DNA of 63,839 nt, filler included, from Hyphochytrium catenoides (lineage: Eukaryota > Protista > Hyphochytriomycota): the NCBI GenBank assembly GCA_900088475.1. It is 8 parts of 8 records of this genome, joined end to end, with 100 filler letters (N's around TTAATTAATTAA, not from the genome) between each part and the next. Parts side by side here need not be neighbours in the genome. Positions count along the whole stretch, not along the records: positions 1 to 27,089 come from FLMG01000835.1; positions 27,190 to 34,532 come from FLMG01002299.1; 6 more parts are not named here. One strand, 5' to 3'. The notes below the pieces were generated by a model. The model made no database searches. It worked only from the letters and a program-made list of their open reading frames with translations, and was not told where the DNA came from. Below, one piece after another: positions 12,397-31,657 of this stretch. The translations under genes were made by a program, and so were the position numbers. Each line of letters begins with the position of its first letter. Within the stretch, counting starts at the first letter, position 1.

Positions 12397-15300
12397 TCAT
12401 CCTTCCACATTCATCTTGTCTGCAACCTCGTTGAGCAGTATGACCAGTACTGTTACATTGTCCTTAGACCCGCGACTGTTGATCGCCACCTCAGCGATGG
12501 CCTATGGGGAGAAGAGAGAGAGAGAGAATGGGGTTTGGGAAAAAGAGAGAAAACAGTTATTCAGTTAACATAGGAGAGAGAAGGGAAGGTTCGTGTCATG
12601 GCAGTACTACTACACCCCTCTCTCTTCTACTCTGTTCTCTCCCTGTTGGTCCTCAAAAACGTTCAGCAATTAAGCTTACCTGACAAGCTCTGTCAACATC
12701 ACCATGCAGGTCCAACTCCTTCCTGTAGCCAGTGGAGAGGGCAAGGAAGTGAGAGCGAGAGAGAAAGAGAGAGAAGATAAGTGAAAGGATCAAAGGATAC
12801 AGAAATCTCTGACTCTTACAACTTGTAGAAGCGAGCGAGCACAGCTTTCTCAATTTAGGTTAGTTTAGTAAGGAAGAGCCAAATGCGCAGCACAGGTACC
12901 TGATGAGGTCCACCGCTTCTTGGTTCGTGAAGACATCAAAAAGTCCGTCACATGCCAGTAACAGGAACTTATCTTGGGCTGGAGAGGACCAGGCCGGGAG
13001 AATGACATCGTGAAAGGCAAAGGAAAGAAAGGAACACGAGTGCAGACAGAGGTGGTAAGTGGTAAGGAAAATATGGGAAACCAAGGGGATACAGAGAGAG
13101 AGTCCGTCCAGAAGCGTCGAGAAAAGGAAANNNNNNNNNNNNNNNNNNNNNNNNNNNNNNNNNNNNNNNNNNNNNNNNNNNNNNNNNNNNNNNNNNNNNN
13201 NNNNNNNNNNNNNNNNNNNNNNNNNNNNNNNAGACTGGAGGGACAGTGGTGATGAGGTGGGATCCTTCGTCTTACGCGTGAGGTCAAGAGCTGCTATGTC
13301 GGGGAGACAAGTGATCAGAGGCCCCGAGCTAGCCCTGATCTGTGCCGCCTAACAAAAGGCGAAGCATTAGATACGAGTATCGGAATCCGCCAAAAGGAAT
13401 ATAGGAGGAGAGGCACAATAGAAGCTCATAGAAATGCCGAGTAGATTAGAGAGAACGGTGTCCAGAGACGTACAAGAGAGACTGCCGGTAGGGCCAGCCA
13501 CATGTCTCAGGTGAGCTACGGTTCTGGAGCATGGAAGAAGAGAGGAGAGGAGGCAATGTGCCATCTATAGAAGGATAATCTTTATCATGCATCTCCTAAC
13601 CTTTCCGTTCACTTCTCCTCCTTCTGCGAGCTTGCTTTCCGGCTTCGGCGCCTGCTCGTAGTTCTTGAACTCAAAGTCGCCAAATGCACGTGAAATGGCC
13701 AGTTCGCCCATGACGCGACTGCGAAGTAAACGTTAGGTGTAGCGATGGGGCAATGAGGTTAGAGAAAAAAAGAGCGAGCAAGCCCGAGAGGGCAGATATG
13801 GTCGCAAGGCAGTAAAGGCAAGGACTGGTAGCAAAGAGATGTCTGAGGAGAGAGCGCAAGCAGTTAATACGGGATACAAAGCGACCGGACGTGGCCACTC
13901 TCTGACCTGTTGATCACGAAACCACCTGCCTCTCGGATCCTCCTAGCCTCATCCTCTCTGTAAGAGTGGATCGAGAGGAACGTCAAGCACCTTGTCCGGC
14001 ACACCTGGGGCATGTTCGCCTTCTTCCTCTACCTCCTCTTCTCCTCCTTTCCCCCCAAGCTTCGTTCCCCAAAAGGGTCTCTTCATCAATTTTTTGCCTC
14101 TTCTCCGTCCTTTCCCTTCGATCATCTATCGTGTCACTTTGTGTGGGTAGTATTTCTGGCTTCCTGAACAATGAGCTATGGCTCCCTACCCCGTTCTCTT
14201 CTTGAAGGTTACCTCGTCGGCTTGTGGTCGTCCGTGAGCCTCATGGCCATCCCATCTCTGCAGAGGACCATTCTAGAGTCTCCAAGGTTAATGGTGTAGA
14301 GGCGGTTGGCCAGTATCAAAGCCACCGTAGCGGTGGTGCCCGACCGCGGTCTGTCCCCTGACTGCGAACATTATTGATTAGAAGTGTCAGTTGCTGTCAG
14401 CTTGCCCAAAGAGAGGCGGGAAGAGACTCAGGCAGATCATGGGGCAAGATAAGGGAATCATCTCTATCTGGAAGTGCGGCTGCTCATGATCGCCTAGAAG
14501 GGGTTCCTATACTATCTAATGGAGCTATCAATGCAGGGAGATAGAGGAATTCCGGAGGAAAAGGTGCCTGTATAGAGAAGGAAAGAAGTAGCATCATGGA
14601 GAGGCACTCAGGAAAGATGACGGTAAAGCGCTGTCACGATTCTCAGATTCAGCTGCATAGAGGGACTTACGCCATAGAACTTCCGGTCGGTGGCTTCAAA
14701 AGCCTTAACGATCGCCTACAGGTTTTCTTGTTCTTAGCCACAAGCCCTCATTTGCTAATCCTTCTGCCCTCTCTCTCTCTCTCTCTCTCTCTCTCCACCC
14801 ATTTTTCTCTCTCTCTCTCTCTGTCTGGCGCTTTTCAATCTCGCAGTCTCTCTGTAAACGGTGCCCATCCTCTCTCTTTGTCCCTCGGTCGCTGTTTAGT
14901 GCGCAGCCATTGTTCCTTCCTTATGCTCTGGCTTTCCTTTGGTCTCTTCTTTCCTTCTTATATCATACTTACATTTCTCAGTCTTGCATCTACATCATCC
15001 GAAGAGGCTGAGGCATCAACCGTACGAAGCTCATCCTGCACGAGTCCAGAGTTCAGAACTCAGACAATATTCAGGTGTGGTGCTTTTAAGCCCCTCTATG
15101 CCCTCAATCGAACTATAAGAACGCTTCTAGGGAGCGTGGCGCATCTTTGAGGAATAGTTCTTTCCATTAGGACTTAGAAAAGACAAGAGAGAGCGTTGAG
15201 GGCACCGCTGAGAGAGATGGTGCTACCTTTATGGCACCTTTCAAATCGTAGTGCAAGTGCGTTCCCACGAAGTCTGCTGCTTGATTGCCACCTGCGGCAG

Positions 15301-17836
15301 CTGATGTTAGTTCCAGAGGAGACAAGGAGTGGTGGAAGAAAGCGCATAGCGGATAAAAGAGGACTCACCATGACCATCGTACACCGCGAAGAACGACTGC
15401 GGAAAGAGGTTGAACGGCTCTAGCTCGCTGATGTTCAGATCCTGAAGGACAAGAGGAGGGAGAGGGGAGGAAGCACAAGAGAAAAGGCCGGGTGACCACC
15501 GATTAAACGGCAAACAACCCACTTTCTTATCCCTTGTGAATGTCTCCAGCACCTTACAACCCAAGTTATTCTTCTCGTCTGTGTTCATCCGTGCTCTGTC
15601 TCCCTCTCTGTCTCTCACTCTTGCCCGAAGTACTCTTCCTATAATCTATTTCGGGAGCCACTCTCCTGACAGTCGCCTTAGCCTGAGCTTCGAATCCTCT
15701 CTCTCTCCCTCCTGTCTGACCTGTATCGAGGCGTGAACATCCTCCATAGTCTGCCTCAGTCCAATATCCGAGAAACAACCGAAGTTGAACCTGTTGACTG
15801 AAAAAGACGTCCTAGAGACCATGACCTGGTCTCCAGCAAAGAGTCTGTAAGGAGTAGCGTAGGGCCCTGTCAGCCGAATGTAGGTGCCGTTGGTGCTTCC
15901 TAAGTCTACTAAGTAAAAGTTCCCATCCTCTCGGTTGAACTCTAGCGCAGCGTGGTGCCGGGAGAGCTCGCTATCCGCTACAGGTTACGCGGGCAGGAAG
16001 GAGGACGGAGAGGTTGATGTGAGAGAGAGAGGACAAAATTGGAGACATAAAAGACCCCAAGCCGCGTTAGTCCAAGGAGCATGAGTTAATGTCGTCGCAG
16101 GCACAGCCCTCTCCTCTCTATGGTTTCCTCATATGACTCAGCTGCCCGACCGAAGTATACAAAAGCTTGCTAATGTTCCCTCCCTGCAGACTTCAGCTGC
16201 TGTCTGCTCCAATTTTTCGTCTCCTAGGTGATGCATCTTCCTGTCTCTTTCGTAGGCGTCTCTGAGCAAGATCTACGCGTACCTAGATGGAGAAGATTAT
16301 CTGCTGATCTTCCTATTGAGATTCTTTCCTGGTTAAAACTAAGCCTTTGCCCACTCAGCTTGCCATCTTCTGCACTGATATGGATGGTCCCTTCGTCTAC
16401 CTCTATTACCTACACGGGCGCCGGCGGAAGTGCCGGAAGGTTAATTAGAAGAGGCGTTAATGGGACAAGAAAAGTGTTAGCAGAGGTTCTGCTTCTCAGC
16501 AATAGGGAAATAGCCGAGCGAAGGACTTGAAACACTTGACTTTAGAAGCAAGTGTGCGGTACAGGCCACGATCAGCTACGGTAGAGTTTTCCAACAGCAG
16601 CACAAAAGCCAAAGTGAACCAAATGACAAAGAAGGAAGAAAAGAGAGAGAGAATGAGGGCAGCAAGAAAAAGGAGGGAGAAGTGCGAAAGACGGTAGAAA
16701 GAGAGGCGCACTAAGTACGAGGGAGCTGAAGCGCTCATGAAGTCACGAGTAGTAGCTCTGGCTCGGGCACACCGTTCCTACCTTTAGCTCTGAGCTTCCT
16801 ACTCTAAAGACCGACCCCGGGTACAATGGCCAGTCCTTACTATTGTCACCCGCAGCCCAGTTGCTGGACGAGAGAGCAGAAGGAAGAAGCCCAAAGGAGA
16901 AAGGAAAAGGAGACTTGCTATTAGTGGCGTGTAGACAGACCTCCCTACGCATTCCTACTTTTCTAACTAAGGAAAAGCTGCAGAGAAGATGGGAACGAGA
17001 TGTCCGTCTGAATATTGACGCAGACTATGGGCGAAGAATGAAGGGAAGGAGGTAGGATCAGTACTGTCCCGCGCAGCTCAAGATCGAGAAAGTGGGAGCA
17101 CACTCCCAGTCATTGATCATCAAAGAGGACTTTGAAGATAGGGAGGAGAGTTAGCACTTTCTCTATCTCTCGCTCTCTCCATAAGCTTTCTCCCGTATTC
17201 TCACCTGATCCTCACAAAAGTCCCGCTTTCATGCTCACAGTCTTTGATATAGAAGTGACCATCCTCGTAGAAGATAACTGCATGTTGGTTGTTCGCCATC
17301 TCAATGTCTGCTGGTACCGACAGAGTGTTCTCTTTGGATCTGCCCAACGTGCAGGAGGGAGGCTCCACAGTGAAAGCCGTGACTTCGTCCTCCTCGCTGA
17401 GATTGATCATCTTCAAGATAAGACGCTGAAGAGGATTCTTTTTCTGTCCCCTCTCCTTCTCTCCCATTCCTCTTCCTTCCCCTCCTCCTTTGTTTTGAAG
17501 GCGGTAAACCCCTGAGTCATTCCGCATCATTAGTATCCCCCGAGGAGAGCCCGCTGCCCGAGCTGTGATAAAGAGAGAGAGAGACATTGTGTCAGTTAAA
17601 AGAAGCCAGAAAGAAAGTAGAGATCTCGGAGAACGAAGACATAGAAGCAACCAGCTCATGGGTCCCCGTCACAGAGCAAGACGAGAGTGAACTAGGTGAT
17701 TGGCTGCGACCAGTTCTCCAACGGAAGCAGCCCATACGGACTTACTGATGCCAGCGAGACGTAAGGTGTCAGAGCGTATTCTTTTCTCTCGGGCGGAAGG
17801 CTGTGGATTGGCTGAAGGAAGAGCGGACTGGTCCAT
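12397..17836 (-). CDS. PP2C (PPM) protein phosphatase with two N-terminal FHA domains, multi-exon
   Basis: FHA1 [28 protein letters not shown]; FHA2 [31 protein letters not shown]2C motifs [57 protein letters not shown] and GSKDNVT, ending in TGA at 12397-12399. First exon 17836-17746 splices in frame. Confidence 0.92.
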
Positions 17837-19349
17837 GTTGTATGGACGGTTCCTGGTAGCGCCTTGACCACCCAGCCACAAGGAGCCAGTTGGAAATTCT
17901 GCCACGCCTTCCAAGGATCTACTCTTCACCGCGCCTACAGAGCGCCATCTTCCCAGTTATACTGGCCACGGCCAGAACACAAGCTGTCTAGTATAGGGGG
18001 ACCCCAGAGCACCACTATAGCGGACAATAATCTGGGCCTTCCTCTTGATTGTCCCTCGATATCTGAAACCTGATAGCTCTCTACGCGAAGCGCTGATATT
18101 TCTCCCCACTTCAGGCCCAGGAACAGAGGCTGTATCCGACGCTGGAAGACCCGATAATCTTCAGCTTCTCCTGTCATCATCAGAGATTCAAGGAGATCTC
18201 AACTTCACTTGCAGATTCACTTTTATCGGGGACAAAGAATCAATTACAAAGGAATCAAATGAAGGATCAGAAGCATGATTCTATATAACCCTTCGTCAAA
18301 CGGAATAATACGTGATTAAAGCGTAAAGGATTGTCTTACTAGGAAAGATTGTACGGCTCTGGAACCAGAATATTACGGTTGGCGCTGTTGATGCTTCCGT
18401 AACGCACAGAAGTGCTTCTTCCTCTGTAGCCGTTCACATCAGGGACATACCCAAGAACACCGTGCGCTCTCTCACTGTTCTCTCTCTCTCTCTCTCTCTC
18501 TNNNNNNNNNNNNNNNNNNNNNNNNNNNNNNNNCTCTCTCTCTCTCTCTTTCTCTTTCTCTCTCTCTTTTTCTTTTCTCCCTCTCTTTTTCTTGTCCTCA
18601 ATTGTGCCGCTTCGCTGGTTGTTTGGTCCAAGACCCGGTATCTCCCTGGTATGCTTTCTCACTCTTCTCTTCTGTGCTCTCTTCCCTCCCCCTCTCTCCT
18701 TGCCCCACTCCCACTGAATTCTTATCATCGTCAAAAGAAGCAAATAGCTGGGCATCTCTTTTCTCATACAGTCCGGGTCTTCTTGCTCTAAACTCGATGA
18801 TGCCTGGCTCCTCACCTCTCTTCTAAGTTGTTAGCCAGCAGTGGAATCATCCGGAACTTGAGCAGAGAGAGAGGAAGAAAGACAGAGAGAGAGAGAGAGA
18901 GAAGGAGCACGGCCACAGATGATACTTCCCGCCTGCTGCCCCAGCCTTCGGGCAGGGGAGTTCATTATCCACCAGCAGAGGAGCCCCGGAGGACCAAAAC
19001 CGTGTTGAAAGACTTAGGAGGTAGCCCCGCTGCGGACACCCTAAGGCCGCCTAGCCGATGAGAAGAGAGACTCCAGAGCTTCAGACGGTGGATTCAAGAA
19101 AGAAAAAGGAGCTAGGAAGTGGTCAAATGGAGAAGAGAAGGAGATAGAACAGAGGAAGAGACCGCCAGACTGTGGAAGAAGAGAAGAAAGGAGACAGCGA
19201 AGTGTACAACGGAAAGAGCAGAACGAGCAACAGAGGGACAGAAAGGACGAGGAAAGAATCTAAAGGGAGATAGAGCAAGAGAGAGAGAGGATAGAGAGAG
19301 AAAGAGGGAGACAGAGAAACAGAGAGACAGAGTGAAAGGAGTAGAAAAA

Positions 19350-27089
<7,740 letters not shown>

Positions 27090-27189
27090 NNNNNNNNNNN
27101 NNNNNNNNNNNNNNNNNNNNNNNNNNNNNNNNNTTAATTAATTAANNNNNNNNNNNNNNNNNNNNNNNNNNNNNNNNNNNNNNNNNNNN
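27090..27189. other. Artificial contig-joining linker (N44-TTAATTAATTAA-N44); identical linkers at 34533-34632, 40121-40220, 53936-54035, 60500-60599, 61630-61729, 62734-62833
   Basis: Fixed 100-nt length with a six-frame stop cassette. Genes are truncated at these points, so adjacency across them has no biological meaning. Confidence 0.98.
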
Positions 27190-28908
27190 CTTGACAATGC
27201 CTAACCAGAGCTCGGTGAGCGACGTCGTATAGGCTACCGCAATCGCCGCCCGAATGTAAGGGGCAGCCCTGAAGCGAGGCTCTTGCACGGCGAGCGTGAT
27301 GAGGTCGTCCAGGATAAGAAGAAAGAGAAGGCCGACTCTCGTGAGGAAGACTTTATCCTTGGTGAGAGTTGAATAATGCTTCCCAAACGCGATGTATCTG
27401 TGTGGAAAGTGGGCGGAGGAGTGGAGACCGAGATGAAAGACGGAGAGAGAGAACACGTCACGAGTCCCGGGATGAGGGAGGCGTGAGGATGATCGTGTGA
27501 TAGAGGTTGTCGCAAGGGAGTGAGGAGTGAGAAGGAGGAAGGGCTCAGTCAACTTTACGTAGCGGCTGGCGAAGGAGAGAGCCACATGGAATGAGCGAGA
27601 GAGAAAGCAGCTAGACAGGAAGAGGGAGAAAAGAACTAAAGCGAGCGGACAAAGAATGAGACTTGTAAGTGGTAGCTAGCTTCGACACGGACTCTGCGAC
27701 TAGGCACAAAGTTAGAACGCATATCCGAGAGAATGCGTGGGAATGACTGGCAAGGATAGCAAAGGACGCCAGAGAGCAGGAAGACAAAGTGTCGTCACCT
27801 GAGCGACTGGAAGACCACGATGAGGGTCAGCACAAGCGACAGCTCCAGCAAACAAGACGCCTGTGCCAGCAGAAGTTGATCAATTTTCAGTTGAAGCAGC
27901 CGGGAACTAGAGACGTACAACGCGAGAAAGAAGAGCTAGATTGAGACCGCAACAGAGAGATGAAAAGCGAGACAGACATACAGGAAAAAGGCGAGAGATT
28001 AGACAATAGCAAGAGAGAGAAGGACACGGGTCACGGAAAAACAGGAACAGAGAAGGGGAGAGAGACAGACAAAAAGAGAGAGAGAGAAGAAGAGGGGAGA
28101 GTCAGGAAGGAGGCGGCGGCGCTTACGGTCAAGCTAATGAAATAGTTGCCTGAGATGTAGAGCGCGGTCCCATCAGGAGAAGAGCAGCGGTCGTCCTCAC
28201 ACCAGAGCGGAACCTACAAACCCATCAACAGCTCAGTGATATGCACGATAACTATATGGGATAGTAGGCGCCGGGCCTGAGCTCACCTCAATAAAAGACA
28301 GCAAGACTAACAGCCAGACGATGATGTTCCGAATAAAGGCGAGATTATAGTAGATAAGGTAGGCCCGCCGGGCTCGGGCAGTACGCGGGAACGTTTCCAT
28401 CGAGACAGAGTGACCTTTGTACACCTCCTCAATCACCCAGGCAGCCAACATCTAGAGATAAACCCCCGGCAGAGAGAGGGGCATAGGCGGGAGAAGGGGA
28501 GAAAAGAGAGACCAAGAAGAGGACCGAGGAAGGAGAGAGAAAGCGACCAGCAGAGAGAGAGAGAAAGAAGTAGACCAAGAAAGGAGGAACGGAGGAGTGA
28601 GAAGAGAAAGGGCAGTCAGAGTTGCCCCAAAGCACCAGAAGGAAGAGGAAAGGGATGACCGACAAGTGAAGAGCGGAAGTTGCCAGTCCAGCGCGTTCAG
28701 AGAGAGAAGAGACGAGGAGAGAGACATAGAGGGATGAAGAGAGAGAGAGAAGGCGTGTCAGTAAATCTTGATGTCTTCCATTTTGCCACGGGATCACTCT
28801 CGCTTTCCCGTCCACGTCTATCTCCTGGAAGTGTCTCTTTCTAATCTGTCTGCTAGTCTCTGAACAGCCTCCGTTCGGCATACACCTCTCTCTCTCTTAC
28901 TCTCATTC

Positions 28909-28953
<45 letters not shown>

Positions 28954-29393
28954 CCTTCTCTCTTGCCTCTTCTTTCTCTAACCCATTTTCGTGTTTTCTC
29001 TCTTTTATTCTCTCCCCCGTTCTCTCCTTCTTCTCCCTTCTTCCCCTCTCCTGTTCAAGGTACCTCATTAGGCAGCGTATCATCAGGAGTCACGACTTCA
29101 GGCTTCTCTTCCTCCTCATAGAGTCCCAGAAGATAGTCAACCGCCTCTGTGATATAGTCTTCCGCCTGCCCAACGGTGCCTGAGGAGTTCATACGTGAAG
29201 ACTCGCGGCGGGAGGGTCCAGAGGAAGAGGAATTGAGGAAGATCCGAGCCTCTCTCTCTCCTTCCGTCTCTCCTTCTTTCGCTCCTTCCGGTTGCGCATC
29301 GCTGTTAAAGTGGACCACCCGGACCGGGTTCTCTTCATCTTCTTGGAGACGAGAGAGCAAGGGTGTGCTCTCCTTGGCAGGCGAGCCAGGCAT
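27190..29393 (-). CDS. TPC: Two-pore channel (TPC) family cation channel, 5' part only
   Basis: N-terminal ESTPLL dileucine motif. Exons LAAWVIEEVYKG..IIVWLLVLLSFIE / VPLWC.. / ..LLELSLVLTL.. / ..FRAAPYIRAAIAVAY match the TPC pre-S1 helix, the S1 'LSF.E.P.WC' motif and the S4 'R.APY.R' motif. Confidence 0.85.
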
Positions 29394-30345
29394 CTTTTCT
29401 TGATTCTCTCTCTCTCTCTCGTCCTTTGGCCTCTCGCTTTCTCTCGATCTCTCTGCGGAGATCGCTGCCGGGCTGGCAAGAGCTCCGAGGTACCACGGAG
29501 CCGGTCGATTAGAGCAGGACCAGGAGGAAAGCGTCCGCTATCGGCAATCCCTTTGCTGCTGCATAGCTCAACTACCCTTTACGCCCTCCCTCTATCGATG
29601 TCCCTGTCTCCCTTTCTCTTTCTTGCTCTCTCTCCCTCTCTCTCCTTCTTCCACAACGCTGTGAGCCACTTGAGGAGAGGAAGACGAGTAAGCGTCCTCT
29701 TCAACTCGTTAACCCCACTTCCAGCAGCTGATAAGAGAGAGAGAGACACAGACACCAGCCTCCAAGGAAGAGAGAGGAATCATCAGAGTGTTGACGCTTA
29801 AAGCGCAACGGGGAAGTGGCAGCTCTGGAGCCTCTTTGTCCGTCCTGTTCTTTCTCTCTCTCCCTCTCTCTCTCTCNNNNNNNNNNNNNNNNNNNNNNNN
29901 NNNNNNNNNNNNNNNNNNCTCTTTCTCTCTTTCTCTCTCTCTCTCTCTGTCTCTCTCTCTTTCTCTCCCTCTCTCTCCCTCTCTCTGTCTCTGTCTCTGT
30001 CTCTGTCTCTCTCTGTCTCTCTCTCTCTGCTCACCCCTCTGCTCTCTATGTGGTTTAGTCCTCTGGATGACGCTTGGGAGAAAACAGCCAGATCAGCACA
30101 TAAGATATTGGACTGAATCCTGGATAGATAGCTGCCAGAACGGAATAAAATACAATTGTACCGAGCTAATTCTAGAATCCTGAGCTCCTCACAGCCCCTG
30201 TACACCGATGTACAGCGAACTACGGCAGTTCCGAAGGATGTTAGCGGCCATCAAATGGCTGAAAAGACGCGCAGACTCGCTGAAGACTGAAGACTGAAGA
30301 CTCTGTCTGGGATGCAGATCTCAGATCTCAGCGGATCTGCAGATT

Positions 30346-30852
30346 CTTCAGCTGCAGTCTGCCGAGAGTTTTTCGCGAATGCGATGGCGTTGAATGATGC
30401 CTATCGCGTTACAGCAATGCGGGCAGAAGACCATCTCGGCTTGAGCCCTGAAGTGTTTGCCGCAGTTGTTGACCAGCAAACACATCGTGGTAGTGTCTTA
30501 CCGTGCATGTCGTGCGTATCATGTGGGCTGACCAGATGTCCGTGGTATGCTTCCTTTGGCGACCACTTCTCTGTGAACCTACAGCCTGGTCGCTATGTAG
30601 GTAGACAGAGGTGGGTATATTCGGAGGGAAGAGTGGCATTAGGATGCGACTCTGGATATTAGTTGGGAGCTGTCAAGATGCGATTCCTTCCCTAGCTTCA
30701 CAGCTTAGCTGTGGGGCTGTGACCATTGTTTGACTAGGCACAGCTGCTGACCGCTTGGAGCCTGTTGCTTGCCCAGAAGGTCTCCATGCCCTGAAGCATA
30801 TCAGTCAGATAGACGCTGCAGATTGACAGGGACTTCAATAAAAGAGCTGAAG
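30346..30852 (+). ncRNA. Candidate large structured non-coding RNA (unassigned family)
   Basis: Seven consecutive helices (about 14, 15, multibranch, ~40, 9, 9 and multibranch bp) closed by basal stems 30346-30353/30845-30852 and 30355-30362/30818-30825. Wobbles read G-U on the + strand. Confidence 0.55.
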
Positions 30853-31536
30853 CTGCAATAGAAAACTGAGCCTGTCTGAGAGTTGATGAGTCTGTTTGAA
30901 CCCGATCTTAGAAAGAAAGGTTGATGGAGCTTCACCGCCAGAGCGCAAGAGAGAAGGGAAGATAGAGCAAAGACGAAGCTTGATTGGGCGCGCTTTATAA
31001 GAGGAGCGGCCCTGCAGGAAGAGAGAAAGGAAGAGAGAGAGAGAGAGAAAGCTAAGAGTGAGCTGTAGGAAGATAACCGCTATGGCGAGAGGTAAGGATG
31101 GCCAGCGCGGACAGACAGAGCAAGGCCGTGAGGATGGAAGGGTGTTTCCTTCAACTACTCAGATGATATGTCAGACCTCTCTTCGTCTCTCTCAGTCTCT
31201 TTCCCCTGTCATAGAACTCTTCTTCCCTGCGGCATTTTCCAGTTTGCTCTTGGGATATCGGGATATATACCGCAGTCGCTGTGCGCTCAGCCTTCTTTGC
31301 CTCGCCTACCTTTGCTCTCTCTCTCTCTCTCTTGGTCTTCCTCTCTTTATTCCGTACCCGCTCTCTCTCTCTCTCTCTCTGTGCCTCTTTCACCTTTATT
31401 GACAGACTGACAGTGGGGGTGTTGAGCTCAACCTCGTCTAGTGCGATATATAACAAGCCTGAAGCTTAAGATACTAGAGGGAAAGACAACTGGAAACTGC
31501 GACGAGCTGCTACTCTAGAAGATAGAAGACAGGAAA

Positions 31537-31583
<47 letters not shown>

Positions 31584-31657
31584 AAGGGTAAGAAAGTCAA
31601 TGTAGAGAGCGCGAACGAGACAGAGACAAGGACAACTTCAGGGAAGAGAGAAGTGTC

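Noticed and set aside
27134-27145. Recurring TTAATTAATTAA as a biological repeat
   Set aside because: Always centred in fixed-length N runs; it is an assembly linker.
30563-30614. SECIS element in helix H4
   Set aside because: Upper helix is only ~7-9 bp, there is no apical AA, and no upstream selenoprotein ORF.
30440-30836. RNase MRP-like P4 words on the minus strand (GAAGUCCCUG ... CAGGGCUC)
   Set aside because: No convincing P1-P3 and over-long spacing, and the wobble pairs of the region favour the plus strand. A covariance-model search should still be run.
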